Shown here piece after piece: positions 10,092 through 20,233 of a stretch of 64,000 nucleotides of DNA. A program made the translations under genes and the position numbers. The notes below the pieces were generated by a model. That model did no database searches, was not told where the DNA came from, and saw only the letters and a list, made by a program, of their open reading frames with translations. Origin of the DNA: an uncultured Planctomycetales bacterium (GTDB taxonomy: Bacteria; Omnitrophota; Gorgyraeia; Zapsychrales; JANLHA01); assembly GCA_964595465.1 (NCBI GenBank), contig CAZQQI010000008.1, forward strand, positions 16,561 to 80,560, in the 5' to 3' direction. Numbering within the stretch: the stretch's first letter is position 1; the number at the start of each line of letters is the position of its first letter.

Positions 10092-10130
10092 ACTGTATCC
10101 TTTCGTTATCGGAACGCAGATCACTTCTGA

Positions 10131-10370
10131 TTAGAGATGCCGCCGCTCCTGCCAGACTTTAATGAAATTTTCTACCGAACGATCGTATCCTTTTTCGATG
10201 TCATCCGGAAAATAACAGGCCGGCAGCGCGCCTTTACCGCGGTGGTAGCTGATACATTCACAACAGATCCCTTTACGCGGGCAGCCGCTGTACGAACAAT
10301 TACAACGCGTGAGATTTTTTTCCTGCATACACTCCATGACCAACCCCCTGTTTTGCATTATTCCTGCCAC
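10131..10370 (-). CDS. Small cysteine-rich protein
   Basis: [21 protein letters not shown] cysteine cluster. 79 aa ORF directly downstream of the NUDIX fusion gene. Confidence 0.45.
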   Translation of the reverse strand: MAGIMQNRGLVMECMQEKNLTRCNCSYSGCPRKGICCECISYHRGKGALPACYFPDDIEKGYDRSVENFIKVWQERRHL

Positions 10371-11261
10371 TCATGCCGGCGACATGACGGCGCGGCATTC
10401 CAGATAGAGCGCGATGATCTTTTTATGATCAAAGGCATATTCCCCCTTGAGCAAATCATCGTAAGATACCACCCGGAGATCTTTGGCGTCATCCATAGCC
10501 TGTGGTTTTCCGTCTCCCCGCCCGACAAACGCGGTGGAAACCGTATGAAATCTCGGATCACGGCACGGGTCCGAAAAGGTTTTTAATTGGACAATATCCT
10601 GAAAATCCAGTCCGGTTTCCTCCTTAACCTCACGGACAACAGCTGTTTCCAAACTCTCTCCATAATCCACAAACCCGCCCGGCAGAGCCCAGCCATACGG
10701 CGGGTTAGAACGTTCAATGATAATAATCCCTTCGGGCCGCTCAACAATGGCATCCACGGTCACATACGGCCCCATACCCAGTGTGTCCTGAACATGCAGA
10801 AGATAACCAATGATATTTTTTTCAAAATCATCGAAATGCTCTTCATCGGTAACGCAGATGGACACAGATTCCAGACAGTGCCTGCCAAAACGGATAAACC
10901 GCAGCAGTTCCTGAGCAAGGACCTTGGCCGAGGCGGAAGGAGTGATCACACCTGTTTGATAACCGAACGGGATCAGGACCAGGCGGCGGACCTTAAGTTC
11001 CGCTGTTTTTCTCAGCACATCCTTATAGCCGCTGCGGATCTTCTCAGCGTCTTTCAGTGTCCCGTCAAAAGAAAAATCCGCCATGATCGTGTAGTGCTGT
11101 GCTCCCCGGCTGTTGCCGCTGACAACAAGCCTCTCGGAACGGGGAACTTCGAAATTTTCCAGAGATTCCAGCGCGACAGCATCCGCGGGGATATTTTCTC
11201 CGTCTCCCTGGACGATCTCGATCTCAACATCATGAATTTTTATATACGGTTTATCGGTCAC
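10371..11261 (-). CDS. NUDIX hydrolase with an N-terminal Macro-like/unknown domain
   Basis: Nudix box GWALPGGFVDYGESLETAVVREVKEETGL. The N-terminal ~150 aa only weakly resembles a Macro domain. Confidence 0.6.
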   Translation of the reverse strand: MTDKPYIKIHDVEIEIVQGDGENIPADAVALESLENFEVPRSERLVVSGNSRGAQHYTIMADFSFDGTLKDAEKIRSGYKDVLRKTAELKVRRLVLIPFGYQTGVITPSASAKVLAQELLRFIRFGRHCLESVSICVTDEEHFDDFEKNIIGYLLHVQDTLGMGPYVTVDAIVERPEGIIIIERSNPPYGWALPGGFVDYGESLETAVVREVKEETGLDFQDIVQLKTFSDPCRDPRFHTVSTAFVGRGDGKPQAMDDAKDLRVVSYDDLLKGEYAFDHKKIIALYLECRAVMSPA

Positions 11262-12709
11262 CGACAGCCTTTCTGTTTATCGGTTCGCAGAATTTTCCGC
11301 GCTAAATCCAGGGCCTGCTGACGGGTCCGGATCTCTCCCGTGGTGCGGGCCTCCTCAACCCTTTCCAATATCTTAGAGAAAACCGGGCCCGGTTTCAACT
11401 TTAATGTATGAATAAGATCACGGCCGGTCAATAAGGGGAGTTGCGGTTCCTCTTTCTGTTTGCGGAGATACCGCTCAATGATCTCCCGGCAAATATCATG
11501 ATGATGCCGTTCGGCCTCTGCCGGGCTCAACGGACCGCGGGTCGCGCTTTGGTCTGCCATGCTCAAGAAAGCGACCGCTATAGCTTCTTCCCCGGCATCA
11601 CGCATGAACCGAAAAAAAGCCCTTTCGGTCGGCCTCTTGAAATTTGAAAGGTAGCCCGGGCGCAGATGAAGGTCCACCATCAGACAAACTTTGCGCCGCT
11701 CCTTTTCTGATAATTTCAGCTGACGGCAAACGATCGAAGCGATCCTGCGCCCCGCATGTTCGTGGGCGTGAAAGATAGACCGGGCGCCTTCTTTGCGATA
11801 AACTTCAGGTTTCCCAACGTCGTGCAGCAACGCGGCGAATTTTATCAGCGCGGCCCGTTCCCGGTTTCCAGCGATCCGTACCCGCAAATAACGGACCAGA
11901 TCAGGATGCTCAGCTTTTTTGAATAAACAGTCCAATTGCGCTACAGACTCCAGAGAATGCCGCCAAACATCCAGATGATGATACCCTCCCTGCTTCAGGC
12001 CGAACATAACCCTGACCTGAGGAATCACCCTTTCGACTAAACCGCAGCGGTGCATAGCCCTGAGTGTCTGCGCCGCTCGCGGACTGGAGAAAATTTTAAA
12101 CAGTTCATCGCGCACGCGCTCGGCAGCCGTCTCACGGATCAGATCCCGGTCGGTCTTTATACGCTGCCGGGTCTTTGTCTCGATCTTAAACCCCAGCATG
12201 GCCGATAATGAGAATGCCCGCAGCAGACGCAGAGGATCCTCACGAAAAGCGCGCGGTGAAACCATACGGATACGCTCAGCGCGGATATCCCGCCGGCCGC
12301 AACGATGATCCTGTATATGCGGAAGAAGGCCCCCGCCGCCTGCCAGACCATTCACATAAACCGTCAATGTGTTCAGTCCAAAATCCCTGCGCAGAAGATC
12401 CTGTTGGATCGTTTCTCCGCGGAACTCGGCAAAATCATAGGTCCAGGCTTCTCCGGAGCCGGTTTTTTTCACGACCCGGGCACAGCCGTGATCCTCATCA
12501 AGAAGAACATACGCGCCTTTGATCTTGCGGGAAAAATCGCGGGCAAACGCCAGGGCCCCGGACGAGACCGCGAAATCCATATCGCGGGTCGGTCGCTCGA
12601 GCAGAATATCCCGTAAAAACCCGCCGACCAGAAAAACATCCTGTCCGCGGCGGCGGGCCATTGCGGCGATTGTCTCTAAAAATGGATATTCTTGCAAAGC
12701 AGACATCAA
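11258..12709 (-). CDS. cca: tRNA nucleotidyltransferase (CCA-adding)/poly(A) polymerase family protein with HD domain
   Basis: Pol-beta NT motif GGFLRDILLERPTRDMDF plus HD motif (LLHDVGK). Confidence 0.8.
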   Translation of the reverse strand: MMSALQEYPFLETIAAMARRRGQDVFLVGGFLRDILLERPTRDMDFAVSSGALAFARDFSRKIKGAYVLLDEDHGCARVVKKTGSGEAWTYDFAEFRGETIQQDLLRRDFGLNTLTVYVNGLAGGGGLLPHIQDHRCGRRDIRAERIRMVSPRAFREDPLRLLRAFSLSAMLGFKIETKTRQRIKTDRDLIRETAAERVRDELFKIFSSPRAAQTLRAMHRCGLVERVIPQVRVMFGLKQGGYHHLDVWRHSLESVAQLDCLFKKAEHPDLVRYLRVRIAGNRERAALIKFAALLHDVGKPEVYRKEGARSIFHAHEHAGRRIASIVCRQLKLSEKERRKVCLMVDLHLRPGYLSNFKRPTERAFFRFMRDAGEEAIAVAFLSMADQSATRGPLSPAEAERHHHDICREIIERYLRKQKEEPQLPLLTGRDLIHTLKLKPGPVFSKILERVEEARTTGEIRTRQQALDLARKILRTDKQKGCR

Positions 12710-12712
12710 GGC

Positions 12713-13126
12713 TTATTCCACCTCGGAAATGGCGGCCTGATCAAGCACCTCATCAGCCACGAAGATCGGGGTTTGGGTCCTGACGGCCAGAGCGATCGTA
12801 TCAGAGGGGCGGGCGTCAACCCTGACCGTTTTCCCGTCAGAGTGATTCAGAACGAGTTTGGCAAAAAAGGTGCCGTTACGCAGAGCATCGATCTCAACGG
12901 CCTCAAGCCTGGCCCCCAGTCCTTCGATCGTGGAAACCAGCAGGTCATGCGTCAAAGGACGGGGCGGCTTGACCTCAGCCAGCTTAAGCTTGATACTGGA
13001 AGCTTCGACCGGGCCGATCATGATGGGAAACTTCCGCGTCCCATCCGTTTCTTTCAAAACAATGACCTGGTCCTGACGTTTCTCGTCAATAACAATACGG
13101 CTCAGCTGAACACTGACCATGCTCAT
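12713..13126 (-). CDS. Bifunctional nuclease family protein (DUF151/BFN)
   Basis: Whole-length similarity to the BFN domain (PIMIGPVEASSI...ARPSDTIALAVR). Confidence 0.7.
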   Translation of the reverse strand: MSMVSVQLSRIVIDEKRQDQVIVLKETDGTRKFPIMIGPVEASSIKLKLAEVKPPRPLTHDLLVSTIEGLGARLEAVEIDALRNGTFFAKLVLNHSDGKTVRVDARPSDTIALAVRTQTPIFVADEVLDQAAISEVE

Positions 13127-13596
13127 TTCTTAGCCTCTTCCTTCTCCCGTTCTAAAATATGCTTCAACTCACTCATAAACTGGTTGACATCGCGGAATTG
13201 GCGATAAACACTGGCAAAACGGACATAGGCCACCTCGTCGAGGCCGGCCAGTTTTTTCATAATTTCTTCTCCGATGATATGCGAATCGACTTCACGGTCA
13301 AAGCGTTTCTGGATCGCGCGCTCGACATCGGAGGTCATCTCTTCAATACGGGTGATCGACACCGGACGCTTTTCACAAGCCTTGACCAGCCCTGCGATGA
13401 TCTTGGTGCGATCAAAGGCCTGACGGCGGCCGTCCTTCTTGACCACCATTAAAGGCACCCGTTCAACGTATTCATAGGTCGTAAACCGTTTGGCACACTT
13501 CAGGCATTCCCTCCGGCGGCGGATCGACCCGCCTTCCCCGGATATGCGGGAATCGATCACCTTAGTCTCTTTATATTCGCAAAAAGGACATTTCAT
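13123..13596 (-). CDS. nrdR: Transcriptional repressor NrdR
   Basis: MKCPFCEYKETKVIDSR zinc ribbon plus ATP-cone. ATG at 13594-13596. Confidence 0.9.
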   Translation of the reverse strand: MKCPFCEYKETKVIDSRISGEGGSIRRRRECLKCAKRFTTYEYVERVPLMVVKKDGRRQAFDRTKIIAGLVKACEKRPVSITRIEEMTSDVERAIQKRFDREVDSHIIGEEIMKKLAGLDEVAYVRFASVYRQFRDVNQFMSELKHILEREKEEAKK

Positions 13597-13660
13597 AATA
13601 GTGCCAAACCGCAATGATTCATATTAAACCCTTTCCTGTCATATAACTATAACAGCCATG

Positions 13661-14911
13661 CTACATGAGCAGATCCTTATAAATCGGAAATTGTTCTGTT
13701 AATTCTAACACACCCGCCCGGACCTTCTCAAGTTCCTGGGGATCATCACGGCCCGTAACGGCCCGGTCGATGTATTCGGCCACCCGGAGCATCTGATCTT
13801 CTTTCATGCCGCGGGTCGTCAACGCGGGGGTCCCGATGCGGATCCCGCTGGTCACCATCGGGCTTTCCGGGTCATACGGGATCAGGTTCTTATTGACAGT
13901 AATATGCACCTCGTCGAGCACGGATGAAGCCTCTTTCCCGGTGATCTTTTTCGACCGCAGATCCACCATAAAAAGGTGGTTGTCGGTTCCGCCGGAAACG
14001 ATACGGAAACCCATCCCGGCCAGGGCCTCAGCCATCGCCCGGGCATTGCTGACGACCTGACGCTGATATGCCTTGAATTCATCGGACAGGGCTTCTTGAA
14101 AAGATACCGCCTTGGCCGCGATCACATGCATCAGCGGCCCGCCCTGTATTCCGGGGAAGACATGCGTATCGATCTTTTTGCCGTACTCTTCACGACAGAG
14201 GATCATCCCCCCACGGGGTCCGCGCAGTGTTTTATGGGTGGTGGTGGTCACAAAGTCAGCGTGCGGAACCGGATTAGGATGAATCCCGGCAGCGACCAGG
14301 CCCGCAATATGAGCCATATCCACAAATAAAACTGCCCCCACCTCATCACAGATCTGACGGAATTTGACAAAATCGATCGTCCGCGCATAAGCCGAAGCGC
14401 CGGCCAGGATCAGCTGCGGCCGATGCTCCTTAGCCAGACGGCGGATCTCGTCATAATCGAACATTTCGGTGTCTTTATCCACTCCGTAATGCACAACATG
14501 ATATGTCCGTCCGGAAAAATTCATCTTGTGACCGTGAGTCAGATGCCCTCCGCAGGCCAGATCCAGGGTCAGGATCGTATCCCCCGGCTTGATCGCCACA
14601 TTGTACACCGCGTTGTTGGCCTGGGACCCGGAATGCGGCTGAACATTAACGTGTTCGGCGCCGAATAATTCTTTGGCCCGTTCTATCGCCAACTCCTCCG
14701 CGGCATCCACATGAACACACCCGCCGTACCACCGCCGGTGAGGATAGCCTTCAGCATATTTATTGGTCATGACACTGCCCTGCGCCTCCATGACCGCTTG
14801 GGATACGATATTTTCACTGGCGATCAGTTCCAGATTGTTTTTCTGCCGGTCCAGTTCACGCGCGATCGCCTGGTATACCTCGGGATCTGTCCTGTTAAGA
14901 TGGTCCATCAT
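13661..14911 (-). CDS. glyA: Serine hydroxymethyltransferase
   Basis: Full-length SHMT similarity including [14 protein letters not shown]. Confidence 0.95.
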   Translation of the reverse strand: MMDHLNRTDPEVYQAIARELDRQKNNLELIASENIVSQAVMEAQGSVMTNKYAEGYPHRRWYGGCVHVDAAEELAIERAKELFGAEHVNVQPHSGSQANNAVYNVAIKPGDTILTLDLACGGHLTHGHKMNFSGRTYHVVHYGVDKDTEMFDYDEIRRLAKEHRPQLILAGASAYARTIDFVKFRQICDEVGAVLFVDMAHIAGLVAAGIHPNPVPHADFVTTTTHKTLRGPRGGMILCREEYGKKIDTHVFPGIQGGPLMHVIAAKAVSFQEALSDEFKAYQRQVVSNARAMAEALAGMGFRIVSGGTDNHLFMVDLRSKKITGKEASSVLDEVHITVNKNLIPYDPESPMVTSGIRIGTPALTTRGMKEDQMLRVAEYIDRAVTGRDDPQELEKVRAGVLELTEQFPIYKDLLM

Positions 14912-14951
14912 ACTGCGTCTCCTGTCGTGATTTCAGCAAAGCCGAGCCTGC

Positions 14952-15413
14952 TTACTGTTCTGATTTCTGGATCTTGCGTTCTATCTCGCAAATCTTGTCC
15001 AAGCGCCGCTGATGCCGTCCGCCCTCGAACGGCTCTTCCAGCCAGGTCTTGATCAGGTCATTCATCTGATCCGGATCAACAAATTTCGCCCCCAGGACAA
15101 GGATATTGGCATTATTATGCTGACGGGATAATTTGGCTGACTCCATGTTATAACATAAGGCCGCATACGCTCCGGGAACTTTATTCGCGGCAATGGTCAG
15201 TCCGATACCGCTCATACAGATCAAGATCCCCCGGCTCTGAGGATCAGCCGCTGTCCGGCTGGCGACATCATAAGCGATCGGGGGATAATCACACGGAGGG
15301 CTTTCATCATGGGCGCCCACGTCCTCGACAGAGTGTCCTAAAGATTTTAAAAAGACGGTGATCCGGGATTTTAATCCGACCCCCCGATGATCCGCTCCGA
15401 TAAAAATCGTCAT
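14952..15413 (-). CDS. rpiB: Ribose-5-phosphate isomerase B
   Basis: MTIFIGADHRG...ICMSGIG is the RpiB/LacAB family. Confidence 0.85.
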   Translation of the reverse strand: MTIFIGADHRGVGLKSRITVFLKSLGHSVEDVGAHDESPPCDYPPIAYDVASRTAADPQSRGILICMSGIGLTIAANKVPGAYAALCYNMESAKLSRQHNNANILVLGAKFVDPDQMNDLIKTWLEEPFEGGRHQRRLDKICEIERKIQKSEQ

Positions 15414-15428
15414 AATCGGACTCCTCAC

Positions 15429-16574
15429 TTATACTAATGTGGTAATTTTTTGAACGGCCTGCCCGATCATCGCCGCGCATTCCCGATAGGCCTGTTCAGA
15501 CAGCCCCATGGGATCAGGTATTTCCAGCGAACCGTCCGGGCGGCCGCCGGCGAACTCTCTTAATAAATAGATGCGATCCGCAAGATCAGGGGCATACTGC
15601 AGGACCGCCTGACGATGCGCCGAGGTCATCACAAAGATCAGATCCGATTGATAAAGCAGAAGAGGCGTCACCGGCTGCGAGAGATGACCGGAGGCGTCAA
15701 TCCCCTTTTCCTGCAGGATCGTCCGGGCTGCCCGGCTGGCCTGCGCACGGACAAAGACGCTGGTCCCGGCAGAATGGACCATGACATCCTCCCGTTCGGC
15801 CAAAGCCTGTCTTAATAAATATTCCGCCATGACCGAGCGGCAGCTGTTCCCGGTGCAGACCATTAAGATATGTTTACGTCCCACCGTATCAGAGATGGCC
15901 TCCTGCGAGACCTCTCCTTCTCTTAAAACCCGCGGCGATTCCCGGGTGACATCGACCACCGTGGACGAAGAGCCGCTGCCGGCTTCGCCCGCATCCAGGG
16001 CCGCGTCCACCCGCCCCCCCAGGCTCTTCAAAGCTTCCGCGCAAGTCTTCGGTGGATGCTCTCCGGCAAAATTCGCGGACGGCGCGGCAATCCTGCGTTC
16101 CGCCGCCCTGATCATCTGCAGGGCCGCAGGATGACAAGGCATCCGGACACCCACGGTTTGACCCTGCTCCCGGGAACTCATAACCATGGTCAACGGACCC
16201 GGCCAAAACCGGGCAGCTAATTTATAAATTCGTGGGTCTCTTTGCGGACTATATTTTAAGAGGTCGGTCGGATCCCCTGCCAGGATCGAAAAAGGCTTGT
16301 CCGCAGTACGCTGTTTGATCTCCCGCAGACGGGTCATCGCCTGAGGGTTATCCGCATCCGCGGCGATGCCGTAAACGGTCTCGGTCGGAAAAATCACCAG
16401 GCCGCCGCGGCGGATGATCCCGGCACAACGGTTCACAGCGTCCTGTTCGGGGAACTCCGGATGAATTTTAAAGACTTCGGTTTCCATACGCGAGCGGCTT
16501 TCCTGCCGAAAAACGCTTAATTTAAACAGGCGGCAGATGCTATTGTCCCAGAATCTTTTTACGCTGTTCTTCAC
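15429..16574 (-). CDS. Fusion protein: L-threonylcarbamoyladenylate synthase (TsaC/YrdC/Sua5 domain) plus low-molecular-weight protein tyrosine/arginine phosphatase
   Basis: N-terminal YrdC domain (GGLVIFPTETVYGIAADA). C-terminal LMW-PTP P-loop ILMVCTGNSCRSVMAEYL. Confidence 0.8.
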   Translation of the reverse strand: MKNSVKRFWDNSICRLFKLSVFRQESRSRMETEVFKIHPEFPEQDAVNRCAGIIRRGGLVIFPTETVYGIAADADNPQAMTRLREIKQRTADKPFSILAGDPTDLLKYSPQRDPRIYKLAARFWPGPLTMVMSSREQGQTVGVRMPCHPAALQMIRAAERRIAAPSANFAGEHPPKTCAEALKSLGGRVDAALDAGEAGSGSSSTVVDVTRESPRVLREGEVSQEAISDTVGRKHILMVCTGNSCRSVMAEYLLRQALAEREDVMVHSAGTSVFVRAQASRAARTILQEKGIDASGHLSQPVTPLLLYQSDLIFVMTSAHRQAVLQYAPDLADRIYLLREFAGGRPDGSLEIPDPMGLSEQAYRECAAMIGQAVQKITTLV

Positions 16575-17013
16575 GGTAAGCCGTCAGTTTTTGTTCAATT
16601 TCCGGGTCATTCAAAGCGATCATCCTTAAGGCTAAATACGCGGCATTTTTCGCTCCCGCTTGACCGATGGCTACGCCGGCGACCGGCACACCCGGAGGCA
16701 TCTGCACCGTGGACAGCAAAGCGTCCATGCCGTTAAGATCCGACGCATTAAGCGGAACCCCGATCACCGGCAATGTCGTATGGGCGGCAACGACACCGGA
16801 CAGGGCCGCGGACATCCCAGCTCCGCAGATGGCGGCCTGTACACCGCGCTCCTTCAGGCCCTCGGCGTATACCGCGGTTTCTTTCGGTGTGCGGTGAGCC
16901 GAAAGCACCCGTGTCTCGTATTCCACAGCAAAATCATCAAGAACCTTTTCGGCAGCCTCCATAACCGGCATATCAGATTGACTTCCCATCATAATGACAA
17001 CTTGTACAGACAT
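16540..17013 (-). CDS. purE: N5-carboxyaminoimidazole ribonucleotide mutase / AIR carboxylase PurE
   Basis: MSVQVVIMMGSQSDMPVM...SAHRTP...AGMSAALSGVVA. Confidence 0.9.
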   Translation of the reverse strand: MSVQVVIMMGSQSDMPVMEAAEKVLDDFAVEYETRVLSAHRTPKETAVYAEGLKERGVQAAICGAGMSAALSGVVAAHTTLPVIGVPLNASDLNGMDALLSTVQMPPGVPVAGVAIGQAGAKNAAYLALRMIALNDPEIEQKLTAYREEQRKKILGQ

Positions 17014-17065
17014 GTTTTCCTCCTTATCCATACTTTTATCCCGGTGCATCGGGTCGGGACAACCG

Positions 17066-18343
17066 TTAAACGCTTTTCGCGATATGTTTAAGGGCCTTAG
17101 CCCCGATATCCCTGCGGAAAAAACAGCGGTCAAAATGGATCTCCTCAACAGCCTGGTAGGCGTTTTTAATAGCGCCTTCGATCCCCTCCCCCAGGGCCGT
17201 CACACCGAGAACCCGTCCGCCGGAGGTAACAACCTGATCACCTTCCCGCTGCGTCCCGGCGTGAAAGACGACGGCACCCTGCCGGGCGGCGTTATCCAGC
17301 CCGCTGATAGGCATCCCTTTTTCATAAGGTCCGGGATACCCCCCGGAACTCATAACCACAGAGACACAGGCACGCTGGTCCCATTTCAACTGCACGTCTT
17401 CGACCCTGTCTTCGCAGGCGGCCAGCATCAATTCACAAAGATCATTTTTCATACGGGGCAGAACAGCCTGGGCTTCGGGATCACCGAAACGCACATTATA
17501 TTCCAACACCATCGGACCTTCATCGGTGATCATCAGCCCGGCATACAGCACGCCTTTGAAAGGATTCCCTTCCCGCAGCATGCCCTGAATAGTCGGCTCG
17601 ATCACCTGCCCGGCGATCTTAACCAGCATAAGATCGTTAACGACCGGCGCCGGAGAATACGCTCCCATACCACCCGTGTTCGGACCCAGGTCGTCATCAA
17701 AAATCCGCTTATGATCCTGGGAACTATCCAGGATCAGATAATTTTCTCCATCAGACACAGCCAGGATCGAGGCCTCTTCTCCCTGCAGGCAGTCTTCGAT
17801 TATGATCCTGCGCCCGGCGCCTGACATATTGTCCTGGATCTCATCCAGAGCCTTGCGGGCTTCATCCTGAGTATGGCAGACAAATACGCCTTTCCCCGCG
17901 GCCAGACCATCGGCCTTAACAACAAGAGGGAATTGGGTCGATTCTAAAAAGGAACGCGCCTCAGCGATATCATCAAAGGCAACAAATGATGCCGTGGGGA
18001 TGCCGTGGCGATGCATAAACTCTTTGGCAAAGACCTTGCTGCCTTCCAGCCGGGCTGCTGCCTGATCCGGACCGAAGACCTTGATCCCTTCCCGGTCAAA
18101 CGCGTCAACCGCTCCGGCGACCAGAGGCGCTTCCGGACCGACCACGACCAGCCCGACCTTTTTTTTCTTGGCCAAAGCGACCAGGGCCGGAATATCATCA
18201 GCAGAGATATCCACACACTCAGCGATATCCGCGATACCCCCGTTCCCCGGCGCGCAGTAAATCTTATCCACCTGATCGCTCTGCTGCAACTTCCAAGTCA
18301 GCACATGCTCACGCCCGCCTGATCCGATCACCAGAATATCCAT
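17066..18343 (-). CDS. purD: Phosphoribosylamine--glycine ligase
   Basis: MDILVIGSGGREH and ATP-grasp fold. Confidence 0.95.
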   Translation of the reverse strand: MDILVIGSGGREHVLTWKLQQSDQVDKIYCAPGNGGIADIAECVDISADDIPALVALAKKKKVGLVVVGPEAPLVAGAVDAFDREGIKVFGPDQAAARLEGSKVFAKEFMHRHGIPTASFVAFDDIAEARSFLESTQFPLVVKADGLAAGKGVFVCHTQDEARKALDEIQDNMSGAGRRIIIEDCLQGEEASILAVSDGENYLILDSSQDHKRIFDDDLGPNTGGMGAYSPAPVVNDLMLVKIAGQVIEPTIQGMLREGNPFKGVLYAGLMITDEGPMVLEYNVRFGDPEAQAVLPRMKNDLCELMLAACEDRVEDVQLKWDQRACVSVVMSSGGYPGPYEKGMPISGLDNAARQGAVVFHAGTQREGDQVVTSGGRVLGVTALGEGIEGAIKNAYQAVEEIHFDRCFFRRDIGAKALKHIAKSV

Positions 18344-18346
18344 ACC

Positions 18347-19357
18347 TTACCCTCGCTTTACAAATTTCACTTTACATGTTTTATCATTGATCACCCGGCC
18401 GATCCGGTATGCCCGTTTACGCCGGGATTTGAAATCGCTCAGAACCTTCCCGGCCTGCGCTTGACCCAGGACTAAAATCATCCCAATGCCCATATTAAAC
18501 GTCTTATACATATCCTCTTCCGGCACGCCGCCCTTCTGCTGAATATCTTTGAAGATCTTGGGAACAGGCCAGCTGCCGCGGGTTATCTCGAAACACCGTC
18601 CCGCGGGAAGGATCTTGGTCATCTTTTCATAAAACGCACCGCCGGTAATATGGGCGATTCCCTTGACGCGGTATTTTTTGAGAACCGGCAGGACATCCTG
18701 AACGTAAATCCTGGTCGGTTTAAGGATCTCTTTAGCGCGCCGCCTCTGCTCTGCCGCGGAAAAGACCTTGCGGACCAGACTGTAGCCGTTCGAGTGGATA
18801 CCGCTGGAAGGCAGGCCGATCACGGCATCACCCGCTTTGATCGTACTGCCGTCGATCAGTTTTTTGCGGTCCGCAACACCGACAGCAAAACCGGCCAGAT
18901 CATATTCTTCGGGGGAATACATGTCCGGCATTTCAGCCGTCTCTCCGCCGATAAGGACGCACCCCGCCTGACGGCAGCCCCGGGCGATCCCCTTGACCAC
19001 ATCTTTCAGGACCTTCTGGTCCAGCACACCGCAGGCGATATAGTCTAAAAAGAAAATCGGTTCTGCCCCGACACAGAGAATGTCATTCACGTTCATCGCC
19101 ACCAGATCAATACCAACCGTATCATGAATGCCGTTGGCCTGGGCGATCAAGAGCTTGGTCCCCACACCGTCGGACGATGAAACCAGAACCGGTTCGCGGT
19201 ATTTCTTTTTATCCAGCCCGTAAAGTCCTCCGAACCCTCCCGCTGTCTTGACGACCCGGTCATTCAGGGTCGATTTGACAGAAGGCATGATCGCCCGGAC
19301 AAAAGCATTCCCGGCGTCAATATCCACCCCGGCCTTTTTATATGTCATCTGCTTCAT
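18347..19357 (-). CDS. purM: Phosphoribosylformylglycinamidine cyclo-ligase
   Basis: YKKAGVDIDAGN plus the AIRS domain. The start was moved to an internal Met to avoid overlapping purQ. Confidence 0.9.
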   Translation of the reverse strand: MKQMTYKKAGVDIDAGNAFVRAIMPSVKSTLNDRVVKTAGGFGGLYGLDKKKYREPVLVSSSDGVGTKLLIAQANGIHDTVGIDLVAMNVNDILCVGAEPIFFLDYIACGVLDQKVLKDVVKGIARGCRQAGCVLIGGETAEMPDMYSPEEYDLAGFAVGVADRKKLIDGSTIKAGDAVIGLPSSGIHSNGYSLVRKVFSAAEQRRRAKEILKPTRIYVQDVLPVLKKYRVKGIAHITGGAFYEKMTKILPAGRCFEITRGSWPVPKIFKDIQQKGGVPEEDMYKTFNMGIGMILVLGQAQAGKVLSDFKSRRKRAYRIGRVINDKTCKVKFVKRG

Positions 19358-19395
19358 GTTGCGATTTGCCTGGCTTTCTGTGCGGAAAAAACGCT

Positions 19396-20220
19396 TCACT
19401 CACTGCTCAATAAATTTTCCTTCACATAACGCACGCCGTTTTTAAAAATCTCAGCCCCTTCACCCAACTCGCCGGGCTTGTCCAGACGGGTCCAGTATGG
19501 ATGCTGACGGAACAAAAAATGGCGCTCCGGATGCGGCATCATCCCCAGGATGCGTCCAGTACAGTCTGTGATCCCGGCGATATTGTCGGCGGATCCGTTG
19601 GGGTTCAACGGATAATCCGGAACGCTGCCGTCCGCAGCCGCATAACGGAAAATGACCTGCCCGTTATCCTGCATCCTGCGCAAGATATCCTCGGATTGCG
19701 GTAAGAATTTTCCTTCAGCGTGGGCCACGGGAACATAAAGAACATCTTTTACCCCCGCGGTCCAGACCGACTTTCCGTCGGGTTTTAACCAGGTCCAGCG
19801 GTCTTCAAATTTCGCCGAATCATTATACGTCAGGGTACAGGTCTGCCGGGTATCCGGTGTCCAAACCGTATCCCCATCCAGCTCACCGGGCAGGATGCCG
19901 GCGCGGACCAGGACCTGAAAGCCGTTGCAGATCCCGATGATCAATTTGCCCTCTGCGATAAAAGACTGAATATCGCCACCCAAGCGGAGTTTCAATTCAT
20001 TAGCTAAAATCCGTCCGGAAATGATATCATCGCCGTAGCTGAACCCGCCGGGGATCGCCAGGATATGATAATCCTGCAAAGAGACCTCTCCGCTGAACAA
20101 GCGATTGATATGGACGTCCTGCACATCCGCACCGAAATAGCGGAAAGCAAAACCCGTCTCCTGGTCACAATTGGTGCCGGCCGTCCTAAGGATCACAACT
20201 TTAACATTCTGTGCGGACAT
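19396..20220 (-). CDS. purQ: Phosphoribosylformylglycinamidine synthase subunit PurQ (glutaminase)
   Basis: MSAQNVKVVILRTAGTNCDQE and class-I amidotransferase motif GICNGFQ. Confidence 0.9.
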   Translation of the reverse strand: MSAQNVKVVILRTAGTNCDQETGFAFRYFGADVQDVHINRLFSGEVSLQDYHILAIPGGFSYGDDIISGRILANELKLRLGGDIQSFIAEGKLIIGICNGFQVLVRAGILPGELDGDTVWTPDTRQTCTLTYNDSAKFEDRWTWLKPDGKSVWTAGVKDVLYVPVAHAEGKFLPQSEDILRRMQDNGQVIFRYAAADGSVPDYPLNPNGSADNIAGITDCTGRILGMMPHPERHFLFRQHPYWTRLDKPGELGEGAEIFKNGVRYVKENLLSSE

Positions 20221-20233
20221 CGTTTTTCCTCTG

